From the NCBI GenBank assembly GCA_965197585.1, contig OZ240215.1, positions 64,001-128,000 of the forward strand: a stretch of DNA of 64,000 nt, read 5' to 3'. A program made the translations under genes and the position numbers. Source of the stretch: Dehalococcoidia bacterium (GTDB lineage: Bacteria; Chloroflexota; Dehalococcoidia; Plut-88900). Numbering within the stretch: position 1 is the stretch's first letter; each line of letters begins with the position of its first letter. A model generated the notes under the pieces. The model searched no databases and had not been told where the DNA came from. It worked only from the letters and a program-made list of their open reading frames with translations. This document shows positions 41,395-50,711 of this stretch, one piece after another.

Positions 41395-41709
41395 ATGCCA
41401 ATCCAGAGCGCTCTACCACCAAAACCAGCGATAACTGAAGACAATACACGATACACCCACGAATATTTGCGTGCGTGCGCCATCAAAGAGGAAAGGAGCA
41501 TGTTAGGGATGGGCGCACCCAAAGAGCATGCCAGCAATTACCCCTCCCGGGAGATTCAGGCGCACCTAAACAGGCGAGCCTCAGAAGGCTTGAGGTTGGC
41601 ATTCATGGAGCCACATTGGTACTACGGGCGGGAATATATCAGCGCGGCTATGTCTATCACGAGGCCACTTGCGATCATTGGGTGGTATCTGACTTTTGAG
41701 AGGGCCTAA
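41395..41709 (+). CDS. Small hypothetical protein
   Basis: AAGGAGG RBS before ATG 41395; 104 aa. Confidence 0.55.
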   Translation: MPIQSALPPKPAITEDNTRYTHEYLRACAIKEERSMLGMGAPKEHASNYPSREIQAHLNRRASEGLRLAFMEPHWYYGREYISAAMSITRPLAIIGWYLTFERA

Positions 41710-41722
41710 TGAGGTCTGCTCG

Positions 41723-42730
41723 TTATTCTATTTCGCCGGTCTCGAAGATATGCGGCCCGAGGATTCCCAGCAATCCACTCGCAGCCAAATGCACCGTCCG
41801 ACCCGTCGGGTCTAGAGGCGGGGCCACTTCACAAATGTCTATTGCCTTGATGATGTCGTAGCTGGAAAGGGCTTCCATCATTTCCAGGAACTCCACGCCG
41901 GTGATTCCCGTGAATATCGGTGCCCCCGTCCCTGGTGACTCCGACCCATCCACCACGTCGATGTCTATCGTCACGTAGACAGCGTCCACACTGTGCCCCA
42001 CCACTTCCATCGCACTCCTCACAATTTCCGCCGGTCCCTGCTCCCGGATCATCTTGGCCGTGGTGACCTGCATGCCCCCCGACCTGAATATTCGGTGCTG
42101 CGCCGGATCGATTACCGATCCGTTTAGCCCGACCCACGCCATGTTGGTATAGGAGATGTGGGTGTCCTCGCTGAGCCGCCGGGCCTGCGTCCCGTGAGTG
42201 TACTTCCCCCCGACGCCGTGAACGTCCCGGAAGTCAGGGTGACTGTCGATATGCAGATACCCGAGCCTCGGGGACCCGCCCCGCTCCGACATCCCTTTCG
42301 AGAAGCCTGCAAATCCCGGGTAGGCCACGTAATGGTCGCCGCCAAGGAGTACTGGTACACCCCCTCTCTTCACAACATCGGCGACGCCCTTGATAACGAT
42401 TTCGGTCGTGTCCCGCATGTCCGTGGGGTTGATGTCGAAATCACCAATGTCGATGAGGGGTGGAGAGGCTACGGGCTTTCGCCAGATGCCGGTTTCCACG
42501 TCCATAAGGGTGTTCTCTGCTGAAACCTCGTAAGCCCCCCGATGCTGCATGGAGGCCTCACGGATGCCGCGGGGGCCGTACCGAGCCCCGGGCCGCCCTG
42601 TGACTACCCCCTGGTCTATCGGCACTCCCGCCACGACCAATGTTCCTTCCTCAACGTCCTCCACGCCCGCGATCTTGCCGCTGAAGAAAGAGGGGAAACC
42701 TGTGTATGACGTGTACAGCTTGCCTGCCAT
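41723..42730 (-). CDS. Agmatinase/ureohydrolase family protein
   Basis: RPGARYGPRGIR, GGDH, HIDSHPD, TIDIDVVD..SPGTG, EVAP. Confidence 0.9.
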   Translation of the reverse strand: MAGKLYTSYTGFPSFFSGKIAGVEDVEEGTLVVAGVPIDQGVVTGRPGARYGPRGIREASMQHRGAYEVSAENTLMDVETGIWRKPVASPPLIDIGDFDINPTDMRDTTEIVIKGVADVVKRGGVPVLLGGDHYVAYPGFAGFSKGMSERGGSPRLGYLHIDSHPDFRDVHGVGGKYTHGTQARRLSEDTHISYTNMAWVGLNGSVIDPAQHRIFRSGGMQVTTAKMIREQGPAEIVRSAMEVVGHSVDAVYVTIDIDVVDGSESPGTGAPIFTGITGVEFLEMMEALSSYDIIKAIDICEVAPPLDPTGRTVHLAASGLLGILGPHIFETGEIE

Positions 42731-42782
42731 CGGTTGACCTCCGGGACTGGGTTAGTTTTGGTTGTGGTCTTTCGAATAGGAC

Positions 42783-43823
42783 CTAGGGCTCTACAATCGA
42801 CTCGATAACCGACGTACTCGAATGTCCATGAGAGAATATAGGCACCATCGCCGAGACCGCACCTCCCGTACCCCCCGCCACGTACAGGTGCAATTGCTCG
42901 GGTAACGTGGGAACGGATCGCTCCTCACTGACCGGGTCTTCGAACGGTGTGACGCCGCCCAGCTCATATGCCCGCTCGGCGTCGAATACCAGCCCCGGGC
43001 TCATTTCGTTCACGCGCTCTGCTATATATTCCTTGATCTCGGCCTTTGTCATGCCCGCGGGCGCTATATTGAAAAGATGCTCGCCGCTGATGATTAACAC
43101 CAACTCGCCGTGGCAATTGATGTTCGCGGCTATGGCATGGCTGATCGTGTCCAGGATCGCCTTGGGCGAGTTGTCGGCGTAGTTGAACACCGGGATTGGG
43201 GGCAGAGCGGGGAAAAGGCTTACTGTACTCGTCGATGGATCGAAACCCTTCTCGACATGATACGGTTCCCAGATGCTGCTCTCCTCATCCTCCGCGATGC
43301 AGCAGGTGTAACGCGCCGGGCTCCCGAACGCCGACTTGTCCGTCACGCCCGGTATCTCCCCGCAAACGTTCATCAATATCAGCCGCAGCGTCCGCCCGAT
43401 AGTTGAGTTCGCCCGCCACCCGGGCCCGAACAGGTTCCACCCGGAGTTGATGTCCAGCTTCTTCCGGATGGGCCCATTCACCACGATCATCGGCGCCGAC
43501 ATTCCGGATGTCGTCTCGCTTATGCCTGAGAGGTTGAACTCCGGCTTTAGCATCGCCCTCACAGCGGCCGCAACTACCGGAGCGTACTCAGCCTTGCAGC
43601 CGGCCATTATGGCGTTGACGGCAACCTTCTGAGCGGTGACGATCCAGTTCCGGCTCTCCCGTGTCCCGAGCACCTCATCAGGCGAGAGCCCCCCGGCTTC
43701 GAGGAATGCCTGCACGGCCTCCGCGGTGGGGGGCACGACGGGCAGGCCATCAGTCAAGCCCTGTTCGAAGAAATACTCGATTGCCTGGATAGTATCGGGA
43801 AGCTCTGTGCCCTTGGTCGTCAT
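42783..43823 (-). CDS. Uncharacterised 'TDGLPVVPPT' protein, paralog 1
   Basis: TDGLPVVPPT, NAIMAGC, VNGP, RANSTIGR, CIAEDEE. Confidence 0.85.
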   Translation of the reverse strand: MTTKGTELPDTIQAIEYFFEQGLTDGLPVVPPTAEAVQAFLEAGGLSPDEVLGTRESRNWIVTAQKVAVNAIMAGCKAEYAPVVAAAVRAMLKPEFNLSGISETTSGMSAPMIVVNGPIRKKLDINSGWNLFGPGWRANSTIGRTLRLILMNVCGEIPGVTDKSAFGSPARYTCCIAEDEESSIWEPYHVEKGFDPSTSTVSLFPALPPIPVFNYADNSPKAILDTISHAIAANINCHGELVLIISGEHLFNIAPAGMTKAEIKEYIAERVNEMSPGLVFDAERAYELGGVTPFEDPVSEERSVPTLPEQLHLYVAGGTGGAVSAMVPIFSHGHSSTSVIESIVEP

Positions 43824-43832
43824 GATCTCTTT

Positions 43833-44873
43833 CTAGGCCGCGGATACGGGTTCAAGTACGCTTTTACTCAGAACGCCCTGTCCCCACAACGGAATAATCG
43901 TGGAATGTCCGCCGCCCTCTCCACCTGCGACCAGCAGGGTAATGCCTTCAGGAGTGGTGGAAATGCCCGAGTCGTCCGGGTCATCGGTGCCCGGGTACCA
44001 GGTCCCGCCCAGCGCCCCGATCCGCTCCCGTTCGTAGGCGAACTGAGGCTGAAACTCGTTGGCTCGCTTGGCCAGGTATTCCTTGACGTCCTGCTTGCTC
44101 CATCCCGCCGGCCCGATGTTCTGCGCGTGCTCGGGGCTCATTATGAGCATTACTGGCCCGTGGCAGACCAGGTTGGCGGCGATGGTGTGGCTCAGCGTGT
44201 CGAGAATCTGCTCCGGGATCGGGTCCGACTGGTTGAACACCTCCATTGGATGACAGACAGGGAAAAGGCCCACCGCACTCGACTCAAGCGCCATCCCCCG
44301 CTCGACGTGATACGGCTCCCATGGGCTCGCTTCTTCGTTCTCAGCTATGCAGAAGGTGTACCGCCCCGGGTGCCCGAACGTCGACTTATCTGTCACACCC
44401 GGAATTTCCCTGCATACGTTCATCAGCACGAGCCTGAGAGTACGGCCGATGGTAGCGTTGGCCCGCCACCCGGGCCCGAACAGGTTCCATCCCCCGTTGA
44501 CGTTTAGTTCCTTGCGGATTGGGCCGTTCACTACGATAAGTGGCGCCGAGGTCCCTGCCGTCTCCGCGATGGCGGATGCGTTGAACTCGGGCTTCAGTAG
44601 AGCCCGTATGGACGCAAGCACAACTGGTGCGTATTCGGCCTTGCAGCCCGCCATCACAGCGTTGACCGCCACTTTCTGAGCGGTCACGACCCAGTTACGG
44701 CTCGCCCGAGTCCCTATCACCTCCCCGGGCTCCGTACCCCCAGCCTCCAAAAACGCGCCCACGGTTTCCGCCGTAGGAGGCACGACAGGGAGGCCGTCTG
44801 TCATTCCCTGCTCGTAGAAATACTCAATCGCCTCGACGGTATCCGGTAATTGAATTCCGGCGGATTCGCTCAA
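43833..44873 (-). CDS. Uncharacterised 'TDGLPVVPPT' protein, paralog 2
   Basis: Tandem paralog of 42783..43823, same length and motifs. Confidence 0.85.
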   Translation of the reverse strand: MSESAGIQLPDTVEAIEYFYEQGMTDGLPVVPPTAETVGAFLEAGGTEPGEVIGTRASRNWVVTAQKVAVNAVMAGCKAEYAPVVLASIRALLKPEFNASAIAETAGTSAPLIVVNGPIRKELNVNGGWNLFGPGWRANATIGRTLRLVLMNVCREIPGVTDKSTFGHPGRYTFCIAENEEASPWEPYHVERGMALESSAVGLFPVCHPMEVFNQSDPIPEQILDTLSHTIAANLVCHGPVMLIMSPEHAQNIGPAGWSKQDVKEYLAKRANEFQPQFAYERERIGALGGTWYPGTDDPDDSGISTTPEGITLLVAGGEGGGHSTIIPLWGQGVLSKSVLEPVSAA

Positions 44874-44907
44874 GATGACCTCCCGGTCTCCGTGTGTGTT
44901 GTCCGAT

Positions 44908-45009
44908 CCCCTCTCCCTGGATGAGACCTTTGCGTAACCTCGATGGGAAGGGTAAGGGTCGGTGTCCTATACCCTCTCCCTTGATGGGAGAGGGCTAGGG
45001 TGAGGGTGA
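44908..45009. repeat. Two BoxC-like copies, the first carrying a single MITE-end remnant
   Basis: GAGACCTTTGCGTAACC at 44923-44939 in the loop; intact copy at ~44972-45009. Confidence 0.7.
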
Positions 45010-45067
45010 AAGAACATTCTCCCAGAACAACCTTGCATACGTATTCACGCCTCAGGCGTGGCAACCC

Positions 45068-46102
45068 CTAATTCCGGAAATGAGGCATGATCTCTTCACT
45101 GAACTTACGCATCATGCCTATCTTGTCGAAGATCGTGAAGAGGACGGTGGAGATGGTGGTAACGCCCATGTTGCCCAATTCCTCGATCTGCTGCCTGATC
45201 CCCTCCGACGGACCTGTGAGGTGGTAGGTGTCGATCATCCTTTGGGTGACGAGCTTGGCATGAGGCGCGTCAACGTGTTCATGGAAATACTCGTTGTAGG
45301 CCTTGGCCGCGTTCGCCGAGTCACTCATCAGCTCTTCCACTATCCCCGGCTCCCGATGCTCCATCCGCCTCCGAAGATCATGAATCTCCGGTACGTCCCG
45401 GCTGAAGAACTGGTGCATTTTGATGTACATCGTCGGGTACGACGAAACCTCTTTACGCGCCTCCTCCTTGGTATCGGAAATGTAGGTCATGTTGCGGCAC
45501 CAGATGTCTATCTCCCCCGGGTCCCGACCCGCCTCTTCCGCTCCCTGGTGTATCAACTCCACCCGCCACTTCGCCATCTCCGGATGCACCCCAATGAAAA
45601 TGGCCCCGTCGGCTATCTTTCCCGCCAGCTTGCACAGCTTCGGCCCGTCCACTGCCAGGTAAATGGGAACCTTGGACTTTGACCACTCCGAGTGCATCTT
45701 GGCCCCCTGCCACTCCACCTCTTCCCCGGCCATGTAACCCCGCAGAAAATTAATAGCCTTTTCTACCTCCTTGGTGGTACGGGGCCGCATCGATTTACCG
45801 AACCGCCCCCCCGCCCCCAGCCCCAGAATCGCCCTCCCCCCCGACACTTCGTTCAGGGTGGCATGGCCCGTCGCAGTGACCGACGGGTGGTAGGTTATCG
45901 GGTCCGTGACCGCGGACATCAACCCGATACGTTTAGTGCTCAGCGCCGCTATGGTCAGGCTGGAATACATGTCCCGGGACAGGTTCGGCTGGTCTACCCA
46001 CCCCATCATGGAAAAACCACACTCCTCGGCTGCCCTGGCGTGGGCCGGGATGTCGTAGGCAGGTATATTCCGCCCCATCCCGACAGTGAAATTCATCTTC
46101 AT
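45068..46102 (-). CDS. LLM (luciferase-like) class flavin/F420-dependent oxidoreductase
   Basis: AEECGF, TLNEVSGGRAILGLGAG, PIYLAVDGPK...AGKIADG. Confidence 0.9.
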   Translation of the reverse strand: MKMNFTVGMGRNIPAYDIPAHARAAEECGFSMMGWVDQPNLSRDMYSSLTIAALSTKRIGLMSAVTDPITYHPSVTATGHATLNEVSGGRAILGLGAGGRFGKSMRPRTTKEVEKAINFLRGYMAGEEVEWQGAKMHSEWSKSKVPIYLAVDGPKLCKLAGKIADGAIFIGVHPEMAKWRVELIHQGAEEAGRDPGEIDIWCRNMTYISDTKEEARKEVSSYPTMYIKMHQFFSRDVPEIHDLRRRMEHREPGIVEELMSDSANAAKAYNEYFHEHVDAPHAKLVTQRMIDTYHLTGPSEGIRQQIEELGNMGVTTISTVLFTIFDKIGMMRKFSEEIMPHFRN

Positions 46103-46167
46103 GCTTGGCGTATCTCCTTAATTGATCTCTGCATAATCCCAACAAATCGTGCTGTGGGTGGTGTCCA

Positions 46168-46208
46168 GTCCCCTCTCCCTTGATGAGAGAGGGCTAGGGT
46201 GAGGGTGA
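46168..46208. repeat. BoxC-like repeat copy
   Basis: GTCCCCTCTCCCTTGATGAGAGAGGGCTAGGGTGAGGGTGA. Confidence 0.8.
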
Positions 46209-46289
46209 TTTAAGTATTGCAACACCAGCTACTCAGATGTCTGGTGGGCATTATAGGCTTTGTCGGTTTCGGTCCGTAGACACATTGGC

Positions 46290-46979
46290 CTAGTGCGGCA
46301 TCTTCCTCGCGGCTGCCCGGTACCGGCAGAACTCGCACCTGCGGGCCGAGGGCGGAGGCTCGGGGAGGTCAAGCAAGGTGACAACTTCGCTGAGAAAGGC
46401 ATCGAACGCGGCATCGTCACGGGGCATCTCCTTCCACTCCACATTGCCGCTATAGGATATCCGGCCTTGGGCGTCCCTAACAAGCGCGTCGGGTTCCACG
46501 CAGACGAGACCAAGCCGGGTGATGGGAGAGAGGGCCAAATTGCCGGGCGCGGCGCGCTCCAGCGCATAGGCGTAGGCGTGGAGCTGCCGTGTGTAGAGAG
46601 GCAGGTGACCGCTCTGTGTAGACGTGGTCTTGAAGTCGATAATTCCGTAGCTGCCGTCCTCAAACTCCAGCACCGAGTCAAAACGCCCGCGGATAAAACA
46701 CGTGGACGCCCGGCCTGGCAGTGCAATGGGCCTGGACTCGACCCAACTCTCTCCGTACTTCACCAACCCCGGCGGCAGTGTGTCCGAAATCTCCGCATTC
46801 GGCCTGTCGTTGAAGTATTCGTTCATCAGCCGGTCGATGACGCTGAAGATACCGGGGAAAGGAGTTCGGGGTCGGTAGAAGCCTCGAGCGACCTTAAGAT
46901 AGAAGCAACGCTTGCACTCCTCCCAGAGAAAAGCGAAGTCCGAGGGGCTGAGTTTCCAACTTTTTGTCGAAGTGGTCAT
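46290..46979 (-). CDS. PD-(D/E)XK nuclease family protein (RecB/AddB/Cas4-like, standalone)
   Basis: LSPS, CKRC, GRFD, IIDFKT, QLHAY, CEFC; start set at MTTSTK. Confidence 0.85.
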   Translation of the reverse strand: MTTSTKSWKLSPSDFAFLWEECKRCFYLKVARGFYRPRTPFPGIFSVIDRLMNEYFNDRPNAEISDTLPPGLVKYGESWVESRPIALPGRASTCFIRGRFDSVLEFEDGSYGIIDFKTTSTQSGHLPLYTRQLHAYAYALERAAPGNLALSPITRLGLVCVEPDALVRDAQGRISYSGNVEWKEMPRDDAAFDAFLSEVVTLLDLPEPPPSARRCEFCRYRAAARKMPH

Positions 46980-47344
46980 AAAGTGGGAGTGGCGAACAGG
47001 GGCGCGACACCCCAATGCTCGGCAATCTTGCCCTGCTCCACGCGGATGGTGTGTACTCCGGCCGAGACGGGACTCGGGCCTCCGCCGCACTCCTCCAGAA
47101 TCAAGGCTACAATACCTTCCCGGGCCCGTAACTCCGATATAGCGTAGTCCGATCCGCTCCCAAACAGACGTCGGGAGGCCAGAGACTGCTTCAACACCTC
47201 TCGGTCGGAGGGAAGCCCCGGAGGGCCCGCGTGTTCTCTAAAATCGGCGGACACCAGATCGTCAATGAGAATCATGCAGCTTTGGTTGGCAACTTCCTCC
47301 ACCAACCGCCGCACTACCTCGCAGTCCGCCGAGGCCTTCATCAT
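46976..47344 (-). CDS. SnoaL/NTF2-like protein (possibly degenerate)
   Basis: VVRRLVEEVAN...IDDLVSADFREH...RVEQGKIAEHWG; C-terminal part of ORF 46976..48436. Confidence 0.6.
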   Translation of the reverse strand: MMKASADCEVVRRLVEEVANQSCMILIDDLVSADFREHAGPPGLPSDREVLKQSLASRRLFGSGSDYAISELRAREGIVALILEECGGGPSPVSAGVHTIRVEQGKIAEHWGVAPLFATPTL

Positions 47345-47379
47345 TTCCCTCGACAGAACCCTTTGAAGTATGTCATTCC

Positions 47380-48435
47380 TGTAAGTGTTAGGTAATTCGT
47401 TGACAGATTGGTATAAGAGGCCAACACCAATCTGGAGGCGAGAATGCGAGACAATAGCAAGGACCTCACCCTTGAACGTAACTACATTCAGAAGTGGCGG
47501 TTCCTCATCCATGAGTATCAACTGGTCAAGGCAGGGAAGCATCCCCGTTTCCGCTTCGCCCAGGACTTCTACTCCTTCCACGGCACTAGCCGTCAGACCT
47601 TTGCCAAGTACTACAACCGGTTCCTCCTCTCCCCCTCCGACAACGCCTTCCTCCCCCGTAAGCGGGGTCCCGGGTGGAAGTCCCGCCGCACCCTGCCCTA
47701 CATTGAGCAGAAGGTCATCAACGAGCGCCTTAACGGTACCAACCGTTACGAGATCTATGCCATACTCAAACCCATCCTTAAACACAACACCCCTAAGCCC
47801 TCCACCATCTACGCCATCACCAGACGCCACGGTTTCAATAGGCTCACAAAGCCGATGCAGCAGTCGAAGCGCAAGATCATCAAGACCCGGGCAGGAGAGC
47901 TGGGCCACCTGGACAGCCACTACCTCAGCCGGGATACCATCGTGGGCACCAAGCACCGCTACTACCTGGTGGGCCTCATCGACGCCTACACCCGTCTGGC
48001 CTGGGCCGAAGTGGTCGGAGACATCAAGAGTCTCTCCGTTATGTTTGCTACTCTGAAGTCCATCAATTTCCTTAACGTGGAGTACGGCATCCAATTCGAG
48101 GCCATCCTCACCGACAACGGCCCCGAGATGGCCTCCCCAAGGAACACCGAGGGCCACCCCATGGAACGGATGCTCAATGAGCTGGGCATAAAGCACCGCT
48201 ACACCCGCCCTTATAGGCCCCAGACCAACGGGAAGATAGAGCGGTTCTGGAGAACCTTGAACGAGGACCTGCTGGAGGGGACAACCTTCGAATCGGTCTC
48301 GGAACTGAAGGACGAGCTTCAGCAATACCTGATCTACTACAATACTCAGAGACCCCACCAGGCAATGGACGGAAAGACCCCTTTGGAGACCCTTAAATCC
48401 ACCTAATTCTGTCAACGAATTACCTGACATCCACA
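47380..48435 (+). mobile_element. IS481-family insertion sequence, 1056 bp, apparently intact
   Basis: 28-bp imperfect terminal inverted repeats with TGT ends (24/28 match), 5-bp direct repeat ATTCC at 47375-47379 and 48436-48440. Confidence 0.92.
47444..48406 (+). CDS. IS481-family DDE transposase (integrase core)
   Basis: GELGHLD, LTDNGPE, TRPYRPQTNGKIERFWRTL, YN..RPH. Confidence 0.95.
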   Translation: MRDNSKDLTLERNYIQKWRFLIHEYQLVKAGKHPRFRFAQDFYSFHGTSRQTFAKYYNRFLLSPSDNAFLPRKRGPGWKSRRTLPYIEQKVINERLNGTNRYEIYAILKPILKHNTPKPSTIYAITRRHGFNRLTKPMQQSKRKIIKTRAGELGHLDSHYLSRDTIVGTKHRYYLVGLIDAYTRLAWAEVVGDIKSLSVMFATLKSINFLNVEYGIQFEAILTDNGPEMASPRNTEGHPMERMLNELGIKHRYTRPYRPQTNGKIERFWRTLNEDLLEGTTFESVSELKDELQQYLIYYNTQRPHQAMDGKTPLETLKST

Positions 48436-48472
48436 ATTCCGATGCCCCGCGAGGAACCTGGGGCGGGGTCCT

Positions 48473-48513
48473 GTCCCCTCTCCCTTGACGGGAGAGGGCT
48501 AGGGTGAGGGTGA
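48473..48513. repeat. BoxC-like repeat copy
   Basis: GTCCCCTCTCCCTTGACGGGAGAGGGCTAGGGTGAGGGTGA. Confidence 0.8.
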
Positions 48514-48552
48514 TGTCCCGAAATTCACCCCGACACGGCCACCGCAGACGGC

Positions 48553-49104
48553 TTACCCTTCCACTTCCAGAATCTTTAGAATCTGGGGAACGGCCGCCTG
48601 CGCCCGAGCCTTCAGATCCGTCGGGGTCAGCCGTCCGATCGGGTGATGAATTATGACGAATGGATAATCGGGGATGCCCTGTATCTCGGCGATGGCCTTA
48701 GCCTGGTTTACAAACTCGTCCGTGATGAGCACCGCAGAGGGTACGCCCAGTTTTTCGAGCTCAATTCCGTCGTGCAAACTGCACTGAGAGCAGGAGCCTC
48801 AGTCCCCGATCGCTACTACGGCGAAATCGCTCTCCTTTGCCAGCTCGGCCACCGTGTTAACCGGCGCCGGTCGAGACGCGTCAGCCTTGCTGGAAGCCTT
48901 CACGTTCTTCAACTCGAACTGCTCACCCAGCAGGTCTCCGACCATTTCCAGAAGCTCGGTGGCGTTATGCTTGCTGTTGGATAGCAGCCCGAGAACCTTT
49001 CCTTCAAGCTTGCCGGGCCTCGGGGCCATCTCCGCCTCGGCGTGGAGGGACTGGGCCCTGGGGTCCATCACAGTGATGCCCCCGTTCTTGGTCTCGGTTG
49101 TCAT
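48553..49104 (-). CDS. UGSC-motif (seleno)protein, copy 2 (TGA at 48799-48801)
   Basis: VAIGD-TGA-GSCSQCSLHD joins ORFs 48799..49104 and 48553..48777 in frame; hairpin GTGC-AGTTT-GCAC (48772-48784). Confidence 0.88.
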
Positions 49105-49133
49105 GGCGCGCTCCTTTCCCGTGTGTTGGGACT

Positions 49134-50177
49134 CTACATACCGGGTATTTGCTTGGTTACCGACTTGGTTCCCTTGCCGCCGCCCCAGGGCATAATCGTG
49201 CAGAAAAACCCTCCCGCCGTGCCCCCGGCCACGAGCACCATCAGGTTGTCGGGGCTTTCGACGGCAGCAACGACTTCAGAATCGTCGTGCGATCCTTCCT
49301 CGGGGTCCCAGCCCCGGTCCATGCCGCTCCAGAAGGAATAAGGGCGTTTCGTCGCTTCGAAAAGATAGTTCTTTACGTAGTCCTTGGACAACCCTTCCTC
49401 ACGAATGTGGAGCAGTACCTCAGGGCTGATTACTACCATGAGTTCCCCACCGTTCGGCATCCCGTTGGCCAGGATTCCCCCGGCCAGGGAGTTGAGAATG
49501 CCCTCGGCGGTGTGGCTGCCGTGGTCGCTGCCTTGGATGGGAGCATTCCCCGCGTAGACCGTTACCGCGCTCGATTCCAGCGCCAGCCCGCGCTCCACGT
49601 GGAGCGGAGCCCAGGGGCTGAGCTCTTCGTTTTCGGCGAAGCAGTAGCTGTACTTACCCGGGTGCCCGAACGTCGACTTGTCCAGTATCCCCGGCACCGA
49701 GCCACACACGTTCATAATGATGAGCCGGATCGCCCTGCCTATTGTGGCGTTGGACCTCTTGGTAGGGCCGAACAGGTTGTTGGCGTAGTTGATGTCCAGT
49801 TCCTTCACGATTGGCCCATGTACCAGGACCATGTGGCCCGTGCCCGCCGTGCTCGCCGAGGTTCCGTGAAGGTTGAACTTCTCTTCGCACATCGCCGAGA
49901 TGGCGGTGGCGACGACGGGCATGTATTCGGGTTTGCACCCGGCCATGATGGCGTTGATGGCCACCTTCCCGGCGGTGATCTCCCGCTTGCGGGTCGGTAT
50001 CGTGCCGAGCACGTCCCCAGGAGCCTTGCCGATTGCGTCCAGGAATCGCGTCACCATATCGGGCGTAGGAGGCACGACGGGCAGGCCGTCGGTCAACCCC
50101 TGCTCGAAATAGAACTCGATAGCCTCAACGGTATCCGGTACTTGGAAAGTCTGAGAAACTGACTCGCTTTGCGCCAT
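49134..50177 (-). CDS. Uncharacterised 'TDGLPVVPPT' protein, paralog 3, co-oriented 29 bp upstream of UGSC copy 2
   Basis: Same motifs as paralogs 1 and 2. Confidence 0.85.
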   Translation of the reverse strand: MAQSESVSQTFQVPDTVEAIEFYFEQGLTDGLPVVPPTPDMVTRFLDAIGKAPGDVLGTIPTRKREITAGKVAINAIMAGCKPEYMPVVATAISAMCEEKFNLHGTSASTAGTGHMVLVHGPIVKELDINYANNLFGPTKRSNATIGRAIRLIIMNVCGSVPGILDKSTFGHPGKYSYCFAENEELSPWAPLHVERGLALESSAVTVYAGNAPIQGSDHGSHTAEGILNSLAGGILANGMPNGGELMVVISPEVLLHIREEGLSKDYVKNYLFEATKRPYSFWSGMDRGWDPEEGSHDDSEVVAAVESPDNLMVLVAGGTAGGFFCTIMPWGGGKGTKSVTKQIPGM

Positions 50178-50317
50178 ATGGGAGAACCCCCGAAAAATCA
50201 GATGAGAAGCGATGGAATCTTATCACAACCTCACTCCCTAGGGGGGAGCCTGCCCGCCTTCGGCGAATCATTCCCGCACCCTATCGGGAATCCATCCCAC
50301 TCCCCCCAGTACTGAAT

Positions 50318-50358
50318 TAGAGGCCCATGTGCGTGCCTTGCACGCACATGGGCCTCTA
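50318..50358. repeat. Perfect 19-bp inverted repeat
   Basis: TAGAGGCCCATGTGCGTGC-CTT-GCACGCACATGGGCCTCTA. Confidence 0.85.
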
Positions 50359-50467
50359 TTCTTATCTCCCCCTCTCCCTTAATGGCCCTAAGGGAGAGGG
50401 GGACCAAGGGGGTGAGGGTTCCCCGGTGAGGCCGGGGCGATGTCCCCCTAAAAGTGACACGAACCCC

Positions 50468-50497
50468 TTGACTCGAGCCGTACACATGTACTATATT
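50468..50497 (+). promoter_or_regulatory. Sigma70-type promoter with LexA-like operator in the spacer
   Basis: TTGACT-N18-TATATT with GTAC-ACAT-GTAC at 50480-50491. Confidence 0.5.
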
Positions 50498-50711
50498 CAC
50501 CCCCGATTGGCCCATCACTCACCCTAAACCCAAGGAGGAACCACAACCCAGGGGGGAACCCCAGCCCCGGCCCCGAGGACTCAACGTCCCAGCCCATCCC
50601 AAAGGGCGGCCCACACGCCGCCCCACGGCTCAAGCGAAAGCGGAACGTCCGCCTACGGAGGACCGCCATCTCCTCATACCAAAGGCCCCGGCTCTCCCTT
50701 CCCCCGCAACC

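Noticed and set aside
47345-48436. N-terminal three quarters of the 486-aa minus-strand ORF
   Set aside because: Antisense shadow of the IS481 transposase; only the SnoaL-like tail looks real
46290-48513. CRISPR-Cas locus suggested by Cas4-like nuclease and nearby repeats
   Set aside because: No regularly spaced repeat-spacer array and no other cas genes
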